From positions 1 to 64,000 of the IMG/VR virus record IMGVR_UViG_3300019458_000005: a stretch of 64,000 nt of DNA, one strand, 5' to 3'. The translations under genes and the position numbers were made by a program. Shown piece by piece: positions 16,494 to 24,950 of this stretch; position 1 is the stretch's first letter; each line of letters starts with the position of its first letter. The stretch is from a virus. The notes under the pieces were generated by a model. That model made no database searches and was not told where the DNA came from. It worked only from the letters and a program-made list of their open reading frames with translations.

Positions 16494-18175
16494 GCCCGCA
16501 TCCTTCTGAACTCCGGCCGGAGCATGTCCGCGTCGTGCGTCGCGCACATGGCCGGGTCTCCGCCCAGCTTCACGCAGCCGCAGCCCACGTAGCGCTCGCG
16601 CTTGTCCTGCTCCGCGAACAGCTGGTGAACGAGCGCGGTGGCCGTACGCACCGCGACTGCGTTTCCGATCTGCCGGGTTACCTCGGTCTTGTTGCCGGCG
16701 AACTCGTAGGTGGTCTCGTCGTCCGAGAACCCCATCGCCTTGGCCAGCTCGTGGGGTTGGAGCATCCGGAACAGGATGTCCCACTGTGCCTCGAGGTCGC
16801 CCTCGACGAGAGGCACGCGGCCCTGTGCGCAGATCGCCGGGACGGGCTGGCTGAGGTCATGAGTCCTGGGCGTCTGGCCTGGCCGTTCGCCGAAGGCCGC
16901 GATCGCGAAGGCCAGCTCGCCCCGGTTCGCGCCCGTGATCATGTGGAGTGGCTCGTGGCTCGAGCGGACGCGCCGGCCGTCCTTGTCGGTGTGAGTCACC
17001 GGAACCACGAGCGAGAGGCGGTCTTTGGCCGTGATCGTTGCCACCGGCTCGTCGGCGGTCCGGTTGCCGCCGTTCCCGTAGTAGGTCGAGACCAGCGCGT
17101 GCGCCCCGCGGCCTGGGATCGTGGGCATGGGGTTGGTGGTGGGTCGCGCGCGTCCGCCCTGGCCCTGAGCCAGGATCACCGGCTCGGTCACGCCCATGCC
17201 GTTGCTCGTGGTGATGGTCGCGAGCGGGGACACGGCCGGGTCGCGCACGCACATCGCGTTCGAGAGGTGCATATCGGTCCTGGCGATGAGCGGGATCCCG
17301 GCCATCCCGTCCGGCTTCAGCCCGCGCCCCTTGAAGTCCTTCAGGATCGCCGTGTAGGCCTCGCCCGTGATGTAGCGCTCGAGCAACTCCACGAACGGTG
17401 CCGGCCAGCCGAACTTGACCGCTCCGGCGAGGATCCTGGCCAGCGTCTTGGTCGAGAGCCGCTTCTCCTTGCCCTTCTTGGTGACGCCGCGCCGGAAGAT
17501 CGAGTTGCCCTTGAGCGACCAGTCGATCACTTCGCGCGCAGCTCGCCAGCGGGGGAGGCCGCTGCCTCCGTCCTGGTCGTGCGAGGCCAGGGGCCAGGTG
17601 ACGAGCTCCCCGTCGCTGCGCCCGACCAGGAAGAACCGCTCACGGGTGGTCGCGTCGCCGTAGTCGGCGGCGTTGAGCACGCGGTACTCGAGCTGGAACC
17701 CGAGCCCTTCGATGGCGCGGACCCAGGCCTTGAAATACTCCCCGCGCCGGCTCTTGAGCGCCTTGCCAGTCTTCGGGTCCACCGGGCCCCACTGCTGAAA
17801 CTCGGGCACGTTCTCGACGATCAGCGATTTTACCCGCAGCTCGGTGAGCCAGTTGATGATCACCCAGGGACTCATGCGCTGCTGATCAGAGGTCGGCTTG
17901 CCTCCACGAGCCCGAGAGAAGTGGATGCAGCTGGGCGAGGCCATAAGCAGGTCGAGCTTGCCGGACGGGACGAGCTCGGACGGACGGGCATGCTCTAGGT
18001 CCACGCAGAAGTGCTGGGCATCCGGATGCATCTTCGAGTGCGTCTTGATCGCGGTCGGCCAGTGATTGACCGCGATCAGCTTCATCCGGATGCCCAGCCG
18101 CTCGAGCGCGCGGCGGGTTCCCGTGCTCGAGCCGCCGGCCCCACAGAATAGATCAGCCACAGTCACAGTGCGCAT
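16490..18175 (-). CDS. DNA (cytosine-5) methyltransferase
   Basis: Motif I DLFCGAGGSS, catalytic SPSCIHFS (PC motif variant), ENVPEF (motif VI), QIGNAVAV (motif X), and a long variable region. Confidence 0.85.
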   Translation of the reverse strand: MRTVTVADLFCGAGGSSTGTRRALERLGIRMKLIAVNHWPTAIKTHSKMHPDAQHFCVDLEHARPSELVPSGKLDLLMASPSCIHFSRARGGKPTSDQQRMSPWVIINWLTELRVKSLIVENVPEFQQWGPVDPKTGKALKSRRGEYFKAWVRAIEGLGFQLEYRVLNAADYGDATTRERFFLVGRSDGELVTWPLASHDQDGGSGLPRWRAAREVIDWSLKGNSIFRRGVTKKGKEKRLSTKTLARILAGAVKFGWPAPFVELLERYITGEAYTAILKDFKGRGLKPDGMAGIPLIARTDMHLSNAMCVRDPAVSPLATITTSNGMGVTEPVILAQGQGGRARPTTNPMPTIPGRGAHALVSTYYGNGGNRTADEPVATITAKDRLSLVVPVTHTDKDGRRVRSSHEPLHMITGANRGELAFAIAAFGERPGQTPRTHDLSQPVPAICAQGRVPLVEGDLEAQWDILFRMLQPHELAKAMGFSDDETTYEFAGNKTEVTRQIGNAVAVRTATALVHQLFAEQDKRERYVGCGCVKLGGDPAMCATHDADMLRPEFRRMRA

Positions 18176-18224
18176 GCAGTCCCCTTTCGTGAGGCTAAAC
18201 TGTAGCAGCGCCGGCAGGTGCGCT

Positions 18225-18240
18225 GCAAACAGTTTTTCAG
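18225..18240 (-). promoter_or_regulatory. promoter-like box CTGAAAAACT-N3-TGC (copy 2)
   Basis: Minus-strand CTGAAAAACTGTTTGC, about 50-60 nt upstream of the methyltransferase ATG at 18175 and directly downstream of the repeat array. Confidence 0.45.
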
Positions 18241-18292
18241 GAGAACCTCACCAGCCGCGTCATCCTGGCAGGACCTCGCCACGTCTTGAGTT

Positions 18293-19576
18293 GCCTGCCC
18301 GTCCACGTCAAGCCTGATCTCGCCCAACCTTACCTTGCCAGCCCCGCCATCCACACCCTGCCTCGTCACGCCATCCGATCAGGTCCATGCCTGCCCCGCC
18401 CGGTACTGACCGGACGTGCCCGTCCAAGCCCTGCCTGCCGTGTCATGCCCTCGCTGTCCCGCCTATCGAGCCCCGCCTGCCATGCCGGAACGCTCACCAC
18501 CTGGTCGCGCATTTACAAGCCGTGCTTGCTTGCCGCGTCACGTCGGGCCGCCAGCGCCTCAAACTTGCCACTCCATCCCCGCCTGCCGAGCCGGGCCCCG
18601 CTTGTCCAGGACGGACCCATCCCCGCCTTGCCTGCCGTGTCATGCAGCGCCTATCCGAGCCTCGACGAACCGGTCCTGCCATGCCCTACCATCCGCCAGC
18701 TCCGGGCGTTGACGGTCCTGGCCTGCCTGTTCCTGCCTGTCCGTGCCCATCCCCGTCTTGCCTGCCGTGCCACCTGATGCCCACCCATGCCTCGCCACGC
18801 CGGCCGTGCGCAGAGTTCCGGTCCCTGTCACTCCCTGGATCGTCGGCCGTGACGTACCACTCGATGCCCAACCACTTCCAGCCCCGCCGGCCATGCCACT
18901 TCTGGCCTGTCCGTAAGCGCCGAAGGAGGCCTGCCCAGCCTGGCCGGTCGCGGCCCCGCCTTCGCAAGCCTGCCGTGATCTCTTCCGCGAGCTCCGCCCT
19001 GTCTCACGCCCCGTCCGGCCCGTCCATGAACTGCCTGCCGTGTCCTGACAGTCCCGGCCCTGTCTGGCCTTCCTAGCCTGCCGTGTCTCACCCAACCGTG
19101 TTCGGCCGTCTACGTCTTGCCTGTCCGAGCCTGCCCCGCCTCTCCGTTGCCTGTCCTACCTATCCCAGCCTGCCATGCCTCTCGATTGCTTGCCTTGCCT
19201 CGCCCTTCACGCCTGCCAGACCTCGTCACTTCGGTCCGGTCCCAAACACTCCATGCCTGCCGCTACATACCTGTCCCGACCCTGTCGCACCAAGCCTGCC
19301 GTTCAGCTCCGCCCACGTCGTCCATGCCCCGTCGTGCCTGCCGAGCCTTGCCGGTCCGAGATCGTGACTGTCGTGCCTTGCAATGACGAGCCGGGCCTGC
19401 CTGTCCAGGCCATGTCATGCCCAACCTTGCGATGTCTAGCCTGCCCAGCCATTCCCTGCCGTTCCTGGTTGGTCCGCGAGCGCCTTGCCTGCCGACCCAC
19501 GTTGGTCCATTCCACTTCCAGACTGGCCTTGCCTGCCTTTCCGTGGCCATCCCGACCTGGCACGGCCACGCCTGCC
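18293..19576 (+). repeat. non-coding array of 23 same-orientation GCCTGCC(GTG) boxes, mostly 39-49 bp apart
   Basis: Exact heptamers start at 18293, 18389, 18433, 18475, 18581, 18630, 18721, 18760, 18929, 18968, 19033, 19076, 19129, 19168, 19211, 19255, 19294, 19336, 19395, 19439, 19487, 19531 and 19570. The spacers are unrelated. The plus strand is C/T-rich. No frame is open across the region. Confidence 0.85.
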
Positions 19577-19668
19577 GTGTCTCGTTCTGTTCTGCCTGGC
19601 CAAGACAGGCCGTGTTCTAGAGCCAGCTCGAGGACCTCGAGCGATCCCCGAGCTGGCTCGTGAAGTCT

Positions 19669-20496
19669 CTACCCGAGGATCTCGAACAATCCCCAGCCCT
19701 GGCCGCCCGAAGGGCTGTCAGGTCGGCCCTCGCCCACCCCGACCTGCATGCCGGCGCGGAGGAGGAGGTTCGCCACGTCCTCGGTCGAGAAGATGTCCGC
19801 GTCGTGGCGGACCTTCACCGTGGCCTCCCAGCCCGGCTCCCAGAACGGCCGGACGCGGATGTCGGTCGACGACATCTGCAGCCGCACGAGCGTCTCGAAG
19901 CGCGCGGGCGTGCCTTTGGTGATCCGGATCAGCCCAGACTTGTCGTGCGGGTCGGCCGACCAGCCGTCCGGCAGGACGAACAGGCCCAGCCGAGCCACGG
20001 TCATCTTGAAGTCGACCATCCGGCAGCTCGAGACCATCGCCTTGTAAAACGCGACCGCCGGGATGCCGTGCCAGCCGTTTACGCTGCGGTGCATGGCCGC
20101 TTCGTAGGCCGCGTTGAAGTCCTTGGGTTCCTTTACGCGGCCCTTCTTCTTGGCGAGCGAGCCGGCCTCCTGCGCGGCCTTCATCATGTTCAGCGCCTTC
20201 TCCGAGAACTTGTTCTGGACGTAGGGCGCGGTCCCGCGGATCTGGAACTGCGCGATCTGGAGGTTCGGCCGCGGGATGCGCACGTTCTTGGTGCTCTCCT
20301 GCGCCTTCTTGAGGTCCTTGGCGCTCTTCGGGTCCTGGAGGTGCGACCCGAGCTCCATGTCGTCGACCCCGGTGCCATCGTCGTCCAGCTCCTCGGTGGG
20401 CTTGACCTTGGGTGGACGCCCGCGCCTCTTCTTGGGCGGGTCCTCGACCGCCGTGGCTGTGGGACCGTTGCCGTTGCCGTTCTTCAGCCTGTTCAT
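19669..20496 (-). CDS. hypothetical protein with N-terminal AT-hook-like basic segment
   Basis: ORF track. KKRRGRPPKVKP near the N-terminus. ATGA-coupled to the upstream gene. Confidence 0.6.
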   Translation of the reverse strand: MNRLKNGNGNGPTATAVEDPPKKRRGRPPKVKPTEELDDDGTGVDDMELGSHLQDPKSAKDLKKAQESTKNVRIPRPNLQIAQFQIRGTAPYVQNKFSEKALNMMKAAQEAGSLAKKKGRVKEPKDFNAAYEAAMHRSVNGWHGIPAVAFYKAMVSSCRMVDFKMTVARLGLFVLPDGWSADPHDKSGLIRITKGTPARFETLVRLQMSSTDIRVRPFWEPGWEATVKVRHDADIFSTEDVANLLLRAGMQVGVGEGRPDSPSGGQGWGLFEILG

Positions 20497-20975
20497 CGCT
20501 TGCTCCTCTGCTTCTGCTTCTTCGTCACTGCTGCGTTGGCCGCAACGGTCATCGCGTCGAACACCAACGCGAGCTCGCTGAGGCGTGCGTACTTGTTCTG
20601 AAAGGCGCGCATCTCGCGCTGGGCGTCCGCCAGCAGGATCGCGCGCAGTTGTTCGTCGGACATTACCTCGGCCGTGGCCCGGTATCCGCCGCCCCCGGTG
20701 ATCTGGCCCTTCACGCCCTGTGGCCGGTCCTCCGAGAGACTTACGTAGGCGCGCACCTCCTGGTCCGTGCCCGGGATCAGCGTGACCGTGACCCGTATCA
20801 GCTGTCTCGCCTCCTCGAGGCGGTGCCTCCTGGCAGCCTCCGTGTCGTCCCAGGTGAACAGCTCGTGGAGCGGGCTCCTAGGCGACTGCGCGGCCCTGAC
20901 TACCTCCTCAGGGATGAGGAGCTCCTCTGGGTGGAGGTGACGGATGCGCTCGAGCTCAGCGTGGACGGCGTTCAT
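20493..20975 (-). CDS. hypothetical protein (160 aa)
   Basis: ORF track. GAGG 7 nt upstream of ATG 20975. Lys/Arg tail. Confidence 0.6.
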   Translation of the reverse strand: MNAVHAELERIRHLHPEELLIPEEVVRAAQSPRSPLHELFTWDDTEAARRHRLEEARQLIRVTVTLIPGTDQEVRAYVSLSEDRPQGVKGQITGGGGYRATAEVMSDEQLRAILLADAQREMRAFQNKYARLSELALVFDAMTVAANAAVTKKQKQRSKR

Positions 20976-20984
20976 GGTGGGACC

Positions 20985-21821
20985 TCAGTTGTCGAAGAAG
21001 AAGCACAACCGCGCTCCGTCGAGACCGAACCGGTCAGAGAGCTGCTGACACATCAGCCTGAACTTGGCCGCGAAGGCGCTCTTGTGGACCTTCCAGGAGG
21101 CCTCCACGAGCGGGCCGCTGCCACCGAACGGAGGCTGGTTCTCGACCTCCAGGATCTTGGCCTTGGACATCTTCGCGAGTCGCTCGAGCGCCTGTGACTC
21201 GCTCAGGATCTGTGGCCCGAAGGCACCCCTGGACCACGAATCAGGAATCGTGCCGCGCTGGAGCTTGCTAAATGCGCCCAGCGACACGAGGCCACTGCGC
21301 GTGAACTCGCCCGAGAGATCTGCTTCGAGGACCTGGCGTATGGTCAGCCAGCGATGTGAGTGGGCGTCGTCGTCCCAGTCATCCACTTCCTGTTTGTAGG
21401 CCTCGGTGGCGTTTCCTGGGACTCCGCTCTGAGTGAGCACGAAACCACCAGTGGTTTGTTGTACTGCGGTGGACAGGATGGGCTGGATCCCGTCGTAGTT
21501 CCGGACGTTCGCCAGCCACGCGAAGAGCGCGTAGTGGCGGCTGTCGTAGAGCACGATCTCAGGCTCTAGCAGCTGTCCGTCTGGACCGCGCAGCAGTTCG
21601 TCGAGATCGGTGAGCGGACCTTCCGTAGCTCGCGGTCCGCCGCGTCTCTTGGTCCTGAGCATCTGCCACGGACCCCATGGGGTCAGCCTGTCGATGTTCG
21701 CTACGGCTTCCTGGTCCTCTGGATGGGCGCGGACACGCCGGTAAGCCTCTTGAAGCTGGGCGTCTCCGCAGGCCACACCGCGCTCGCGGACCTCGACGTA
21801 GAGGTGGATGTCGCAGCCCAC
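20985..21821 (-). CDS. hypothetical protein (278 aa)
   Basis: Start set at GTG 21821 (VGCDIHLYVEV...), 2 nt after the upstream TAG. Confidence 0.55.
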   Translation of the reverse strand: MGCDIHLYVEVRERGVACGDAQLQEAYRRVRAHPEDQEAVANIDRLTPWGPWQMLRTKRRGGPRATEGPLTDLDELLRGPDGQLLEPEIVLYDSRHYALFAWLANVRNYDGIQPILSTAVQQTTGGFVLTQSGVPGNATEAYKQEVDDWDDDAHSHRWLTIRQVLEADLSGEFTRSGLVSLGAFSKLQRGTIPDSWSRGAFGPQILSESQALERLAKMSKAKILEVENQPPFGGSGPLVEASWKVHKSAFAAKFRLMCQQLSDRFGLDGARLCFFFDN

Positions 21822-21823
21822 AG

Positions 21824-22423
21824 CTAGGCCTTCACGCGCAAGAACAGCCGCTGGAGGCGCAGGACCTCCGACCACAGGTCAAACAGCGCGCGGTGGACCT
21901 CGGCCTTGGGCGGCATCTGCTCGCGCTGCTCCTTGGCCATGAGCAGGTCAAGGCCAGTGACATCGAAGTGGCGATGCGAAAACCGGTACGCGCACTTGAT
22001 CCCGCCGCGCTCCTCGATCCAGCGCCGATCGAAGCGGGCCACGTTGCGCCCAGCCAGGATCACGTCGCCAGTCCTGCCCATCGTCTCTTTCCAGTGCCGT
22101 TCGAGCAGTGGCTCGATGAGCCCGTCCAGGTTGTCCCAGGGGGATCCCAGACACTCTTCCATGAGGCCGGAGCGCTCGTGCGAACTGGCCACGCTAGGGC
22201 TTTCCTTGTGGAACTCGTCCCAGCGGACCCTGGCCACCTTGAGGATCCGCGAGGCCTGGTCGACCACGTTGAGCTGCTGATCGGTGACCAGGAAGGCCGC
22301 CTCGAGGAGCATGTCGGCCGACGGGTCCAGGCCAGAGGTCTCCACGTCGCACCAGAGTAGTTTGGGCGGACACACAGCCATCGACAGGTGCAGGGGGGCA
22401 GCTTCGATCTTCTCGTTGATCAT
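21824..22423 (-). CDS. oligoribonuclease-like DEDDh 3'-5' exonuclease
   Basis: LWCDVETSGLDPSADMLLEAAFLVTD, LAGRNVARFDRRWI, SHRHFDVTGL and VHRALFD align by eye with E. coli Orn ([54 protein letters not shown]). ATG 22423 forms an ATGA overlap. Confidence 0.75.
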   Translation of the reverse strand: MINEKIEAAPLHLSMAVCPPKLLWCDVETSGLDPSADMLLEAAFLVTDQQLNVVDQASRILKVARVRWDEFHKESPSVASSHERSGLMEECLGSPWDNLDGLIEPLLERHWKETMGRTGDVILAGRNVARFDRRWIEERGGIKCAYRFSHRHFDVTGLDLLMAKEQREQMPPKAEVHRALFDLWSEVLRLQRLFLRVKA

Positions 22424-22824
22424 AGGCACTTCTCCAGGTTTTTGATCAGTGGTCCGATTCCGCCGCAGCTGTCGGCGTGGATCTCGTTGCTCAGGCGTCC
22501 GCACTTCGGACAGCGCTGCTTGATTAGGCCGATGATCTGTCTGAGATCGCTGGAGGAGACGATCACGCCGCGATGCTTGAGGCGGGAGTGGCGTTGCGCG
22601 CGGTCGAGCGCCAGCTGCGCCAAGCCGACCGGGATGTTCACGACCAAGCTGCCCTTGGTAGCGGTGGCCATCACGCTCTGGCTGCGCGGCTCGGTAGCGA
22701 TGACCAGGTTCCACTCGAGTGCTTTGGCTCTCCACATCACGATCTCGCCGTCGGTCTGCTCGGCGAGCGTCCAGTCGTCGGCGGCCACGATGGCGTCGAT
22801 CAGGGAAGCAACGACTGGGCTCAC
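22420..22824 (-). CDS. hypothetical protein (134 aa) with C-terminal CxxC..C motif
   Basis: GTG 22824 with GAGG 7 nt upstream. Forms a GTGA overlap with the preceding micro-ORF. Confidence 0.5.
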   Translation of the reverse strand: MSPVVASLIDAIVAADDWTLAEQTDGEIVMWRAKALEWNLVIATEPRSQSVMATATKGSLVVNIPVGLAQLALDRAQRHSRLKHRGVIVSSSDLRQIIGLIKQRCPKCGRLSNEIHADSCGGIGPLIKNLEKCL

Positions 22825-22925
22825 GTGGTCACCTCGTAGGGCTCTGGAGGAGGCGGAGGCACCCAATAGGGGTCCTTGACGCTGCCGATGTAGACGCTCT
22901 TCCAACCTGGGGTGGCGTCTCCCAT
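22821..22925 (-). CDS. micro-ORF (34 aa, Pro-rich)
   Basis: ATG 22925 directly follows the upstream TGA. MGDATPGWKSVYIGSVKDPYWVPPPPPEPYEVTT*. The stop overlaps the next GTG. Below the ORF-track length cutoff. Confidence 0.3.
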   Translation of the reverse strand: MGDATPGWKSVYIGSVKDPYWVPPPPPEPYEVTT

Positions 22926-23081
22926 TCAGCTGTGCATCCAGATCTTGCGCCCGCGCTTGTTGCTGTCAGGACCAGAGATCTGGTCGACGAACGTGGCCAG
23001 GAAGCTCCGATCGTTCTGGTCTTCGGCCGAGATCGTGAAGGCCACGAAGCCGGCTGAGTCGAGGCCTACGGAGAGCTTCAC
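22926..23081 (-). CDS. micro-ORF (51 aa)
   Basis: GTG 23081 forms a GTGA overlap with the upstream stop. VKLSVGLDSAGFVAFTISAEDQNDRSFLATFVDQISGPDSNKRGRKIWMHS*. Confidence 0.35.
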   Translation of the reverse strand: MKLSVGLDSAGFVAFTISAEDQNDRSFLATFVDQISGPDSNKRGRKIWMHS

Positions 23082-23332
23082 AGTTCGTCCGTGAGCCCGA
23101 GTGTCTCGAGCGCACTGAGGCTCTTGAGGACCGCGTTGCTGTGCGGGATACCCTCGTCATAGCACTCGCGGTACCACCGCAGATGTCCGTTCTCGTGCGA
23201 CTCTTTCCAGCCGATCAAGCGCAAGAAGCGCACTTCGCTTTGAACGAGCTCGTCGTTCAGGGCTGCCATGCGCCGCTTGATGTCGGCCCAGGACCTGGAC
23301 TCCTTGAGCGCCTCTTGGAGGTTCTCGTTCAT
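23078..23332 (-). CDS. hypothetical protein (84 aa)
   Basis: ORF track. ATGA-coupled start. Confidence 0.55.
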   Translation of the reverse strand: MNENLQEALKESRSWADIKRRMAALNDELVQSEVRFLRLIGWKESHENGHLRWYRECYDEGIPHSNAVLKSLSALETLGLTDEL

Positions 23333-23748
23333 GCGTCTCCCTGCTCCAGTTCTCCGTTCAGAAGCGTGCGGATCTCTACTTCAGCGACCTTGGCGCGGCG
23401 CGCTTCCTCGTTGCGGTCGATTACGTCCCCGCAGCGCTCGCACACGTCGTGGACGTAGGTCTTCTGGGGCTCGAGTCTGTCGACCATGAACTTGAACCAG
23501 TGGTCGCGGTGACTCGTGATGTAGAGCTTGGTCTGCCCGCTCGGGTGAATTTCCGTGGTAGCCATGGCCTCGGCCTGCCTGTTGACGGTCTGCAGTTGCT
23601 CGAGCGTGAGCTTGGCCTCGTCGTAGCGCGGCCGGTAGCGGTGCCGGCACGTTCTGGGGTCTGGAGCCCTCAAGAGCCCGCGCGCCCACCAACCCAGCGT
23701 GTAAGCGAACACGAGCATGGCGCCCACGCAGACCATGATCCCGATCAC
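23329..23748 (-). CDS. membrane-anchored hypothetical protein (139 aa)
   Basis: N-terminal hydrophobic helix IGIMVCVGAMLVFAYTLGWW. GTGA-coupled start. Confidence 0.55.
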   Translation of the reverse strand: MIGIMVCVGAMLVFAYTLGWWARGLLRAPDPRTCRHRYRPRYDEAKLTLEQLQTVNRQAEAMATTEIHPSGQTKLYITSHRDHWFKFMVDRLEPQKTYVHDVCERCGDVIDRNEEARRAKVAEVEIRTLLNGELEQGDA

Positions 23749-24593
23749 TGAGCGCTCCTCTTTGGTGGCCTCTGCCCGAGCTCCCGCAGCGCTCGCCTGG
23801 CTCGCTTGCTCCGGGCGAACGACCAGGCGTACTTGTGGTTGCCGGGGTGGGCCTGAGGCCTGGTGACGGTGGCCAGCGCGAGCCGCAGCCAGGCCGCGCG
23901 GTCCTGGCCCGCCTCGAGCTGAGGAGCTCCCCAGCTGACCAGGCGCTCGTAGGGCTCCCTGCTCGAGCGCTCGTCCGCGCGGACCTTGCTCATGGATCGG
24001 CGGTCGAAGCTGGTCCCGTCAGGGAGGAGACGCAGCGTGTTCCGTGCCCCACGGCCCAGGTAGATGCCGTTGTGGGCCTGGTAGATCCCGCCTGTGTGGC
24101 CCGGGAACACCACCGACCCGTCGGCGCGCTTGCGCGGTTGGTCGTCAGAGAACGAGACCACGCCGTTGTATCCTTCTTTGCGCAGGACCTCGAAGCAGCG
24201 GGCCAGGAACCAGGTCTCGGCGTTCTTCTCGAGCTCGTCCAGGAGCACGAACCGTCCGAGCTCGAGCGAGTCGGCGGCCTGTCCGCCGAACACGTTGGTC
24301 ACGGTCTTCGGGTTCGTGCCCGGCCCGAACACGGCCACACCCGCAAGCAGCCCGTCGCGCAAGATCGCGAACCGGCGCGACGCCGCACAGTAGCTGCCGC
24401 TGTAGTGGTGCTGCTGGACGAACTTCTTGGCGGTCGTGTTGTCGAACAGCTCGGCGACCTCGTGCCTAGCCGGGTCGAAGTAGACCTCGTCCTCGGGGCG
24501 GAAGCTGCTGTCCTTGTCGAGCCAGCGCTGGGTCACTTGGGCGCTTCTTTCTTGGCCTTCTGTGATCGGTGTGCTTGCGATCTTCTTCTTCAT
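23745..24593 (-). CDS. Mom-like GNAT-fold acyltransferase (candidate DNA base-modification enzyme)
   Basis: QQHHYSGS..LAGVAVFGPGTNP..LELGRFVLLD..NAETWFLARC..VVSFSDD..GHTGGIYQAHNGIYLG matches the pattern I remember for the Mom (adenine methylcarbamoylation) family. Confidence 0.5.
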   Translation of the reverse strand: MKKKIASTPITEGQERSAQVTQRWLDKDSSFRPEDEVYFDPARHEVAELFDNTTAKKFVQQHHYSGSYCAASRRFAILRDGLLAGVAVFGPGTNPKTVTNVFGGQAADSLELGRFVLLDELEKNAETWFLARCFEVLRKEGYNGVVSFSDDQPRKRADGSVVFPGHTGGIYQAHNGIYLGRGARNTLRLLPDGTSFDRRSMSKVRADERSSREPYERLVSWGAPQLEAGQDRAAWLRLALATVTRPQAHPGNHKYAWSFARSKRARRALRELGQRPPKRSAQ

Positions 24594-24907
24594 TCGTCGA
24601 GCCCCTGCTCGCTGGCCGAGGTTGCGCAGCGGTTCTTGATCTTGTCCGGCACACCCGACAGCTCACAGAACCCGCTGAGCGAGTAGCCGTGGAGCTGCGT
24701 GAACTGCGCGTATTCCTCCGCCGTGAACATGCCGCGGTCGAGCATGCACGCGAGCATGTTCAAGTCGAACGCGCGAGGCTGCTGGTTTTGGAGCAGGTTC
24801 AGCATGTAGGCCACGATCCGATTGGGCGTGAACCGCAGTACGCCGTCTGGGTCGACGCGCATGGGCTGATCAGGCAGTTGGTTGTAAGCAGCTCGCTTCG
24901 TGCCCAC
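24590..24907 (-). CDS. hypothetical protein (105 aa)
   Basis: ORF track. GTG start with TGGAGG upstream. First gene after the promoter-like box at 24951. Confidence 0.55.
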   Translation of the reverse strand: MGTKRAAYNQLPDQPMRVDPDGVLRFTPNRIVAYMLNLLQNQQPRAFDLNMLACMLDRGMFTAEEYAQFTQLHGYSLSGFCELSGVPDKIKNRCATSASEQGLDE

Positions 24908-24950
24908 AGTCCACCTCCAGGTGGCGGACTGTATCAGATCTCCACGTCTC

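Noticed and set aside
18293-19576. A CRISPR array interpretation of the repeat region.
   Set aside because: The conserved unit is only 7-22 nt and degenerate, not a 28-37-nt exact repeat. Spacing is irregular (39-169 bp). No cas genes or leader are present.
18286-19663. Several 80-230-aa ORFs on both strands inside the box array (for example 18387-19076 plus strand, 229 aa; 18640-19095 minus strand, 151 aa).
   Set aside because: The peptides are Pro/Cys/Arg/Gly-rich repeats generated by the GCCTGCC boxes. All three plus-strand frames are partly open because the strand is stop-poor. No frame spans the region. There are no RBS or coupling signals, unlike every real gene here.
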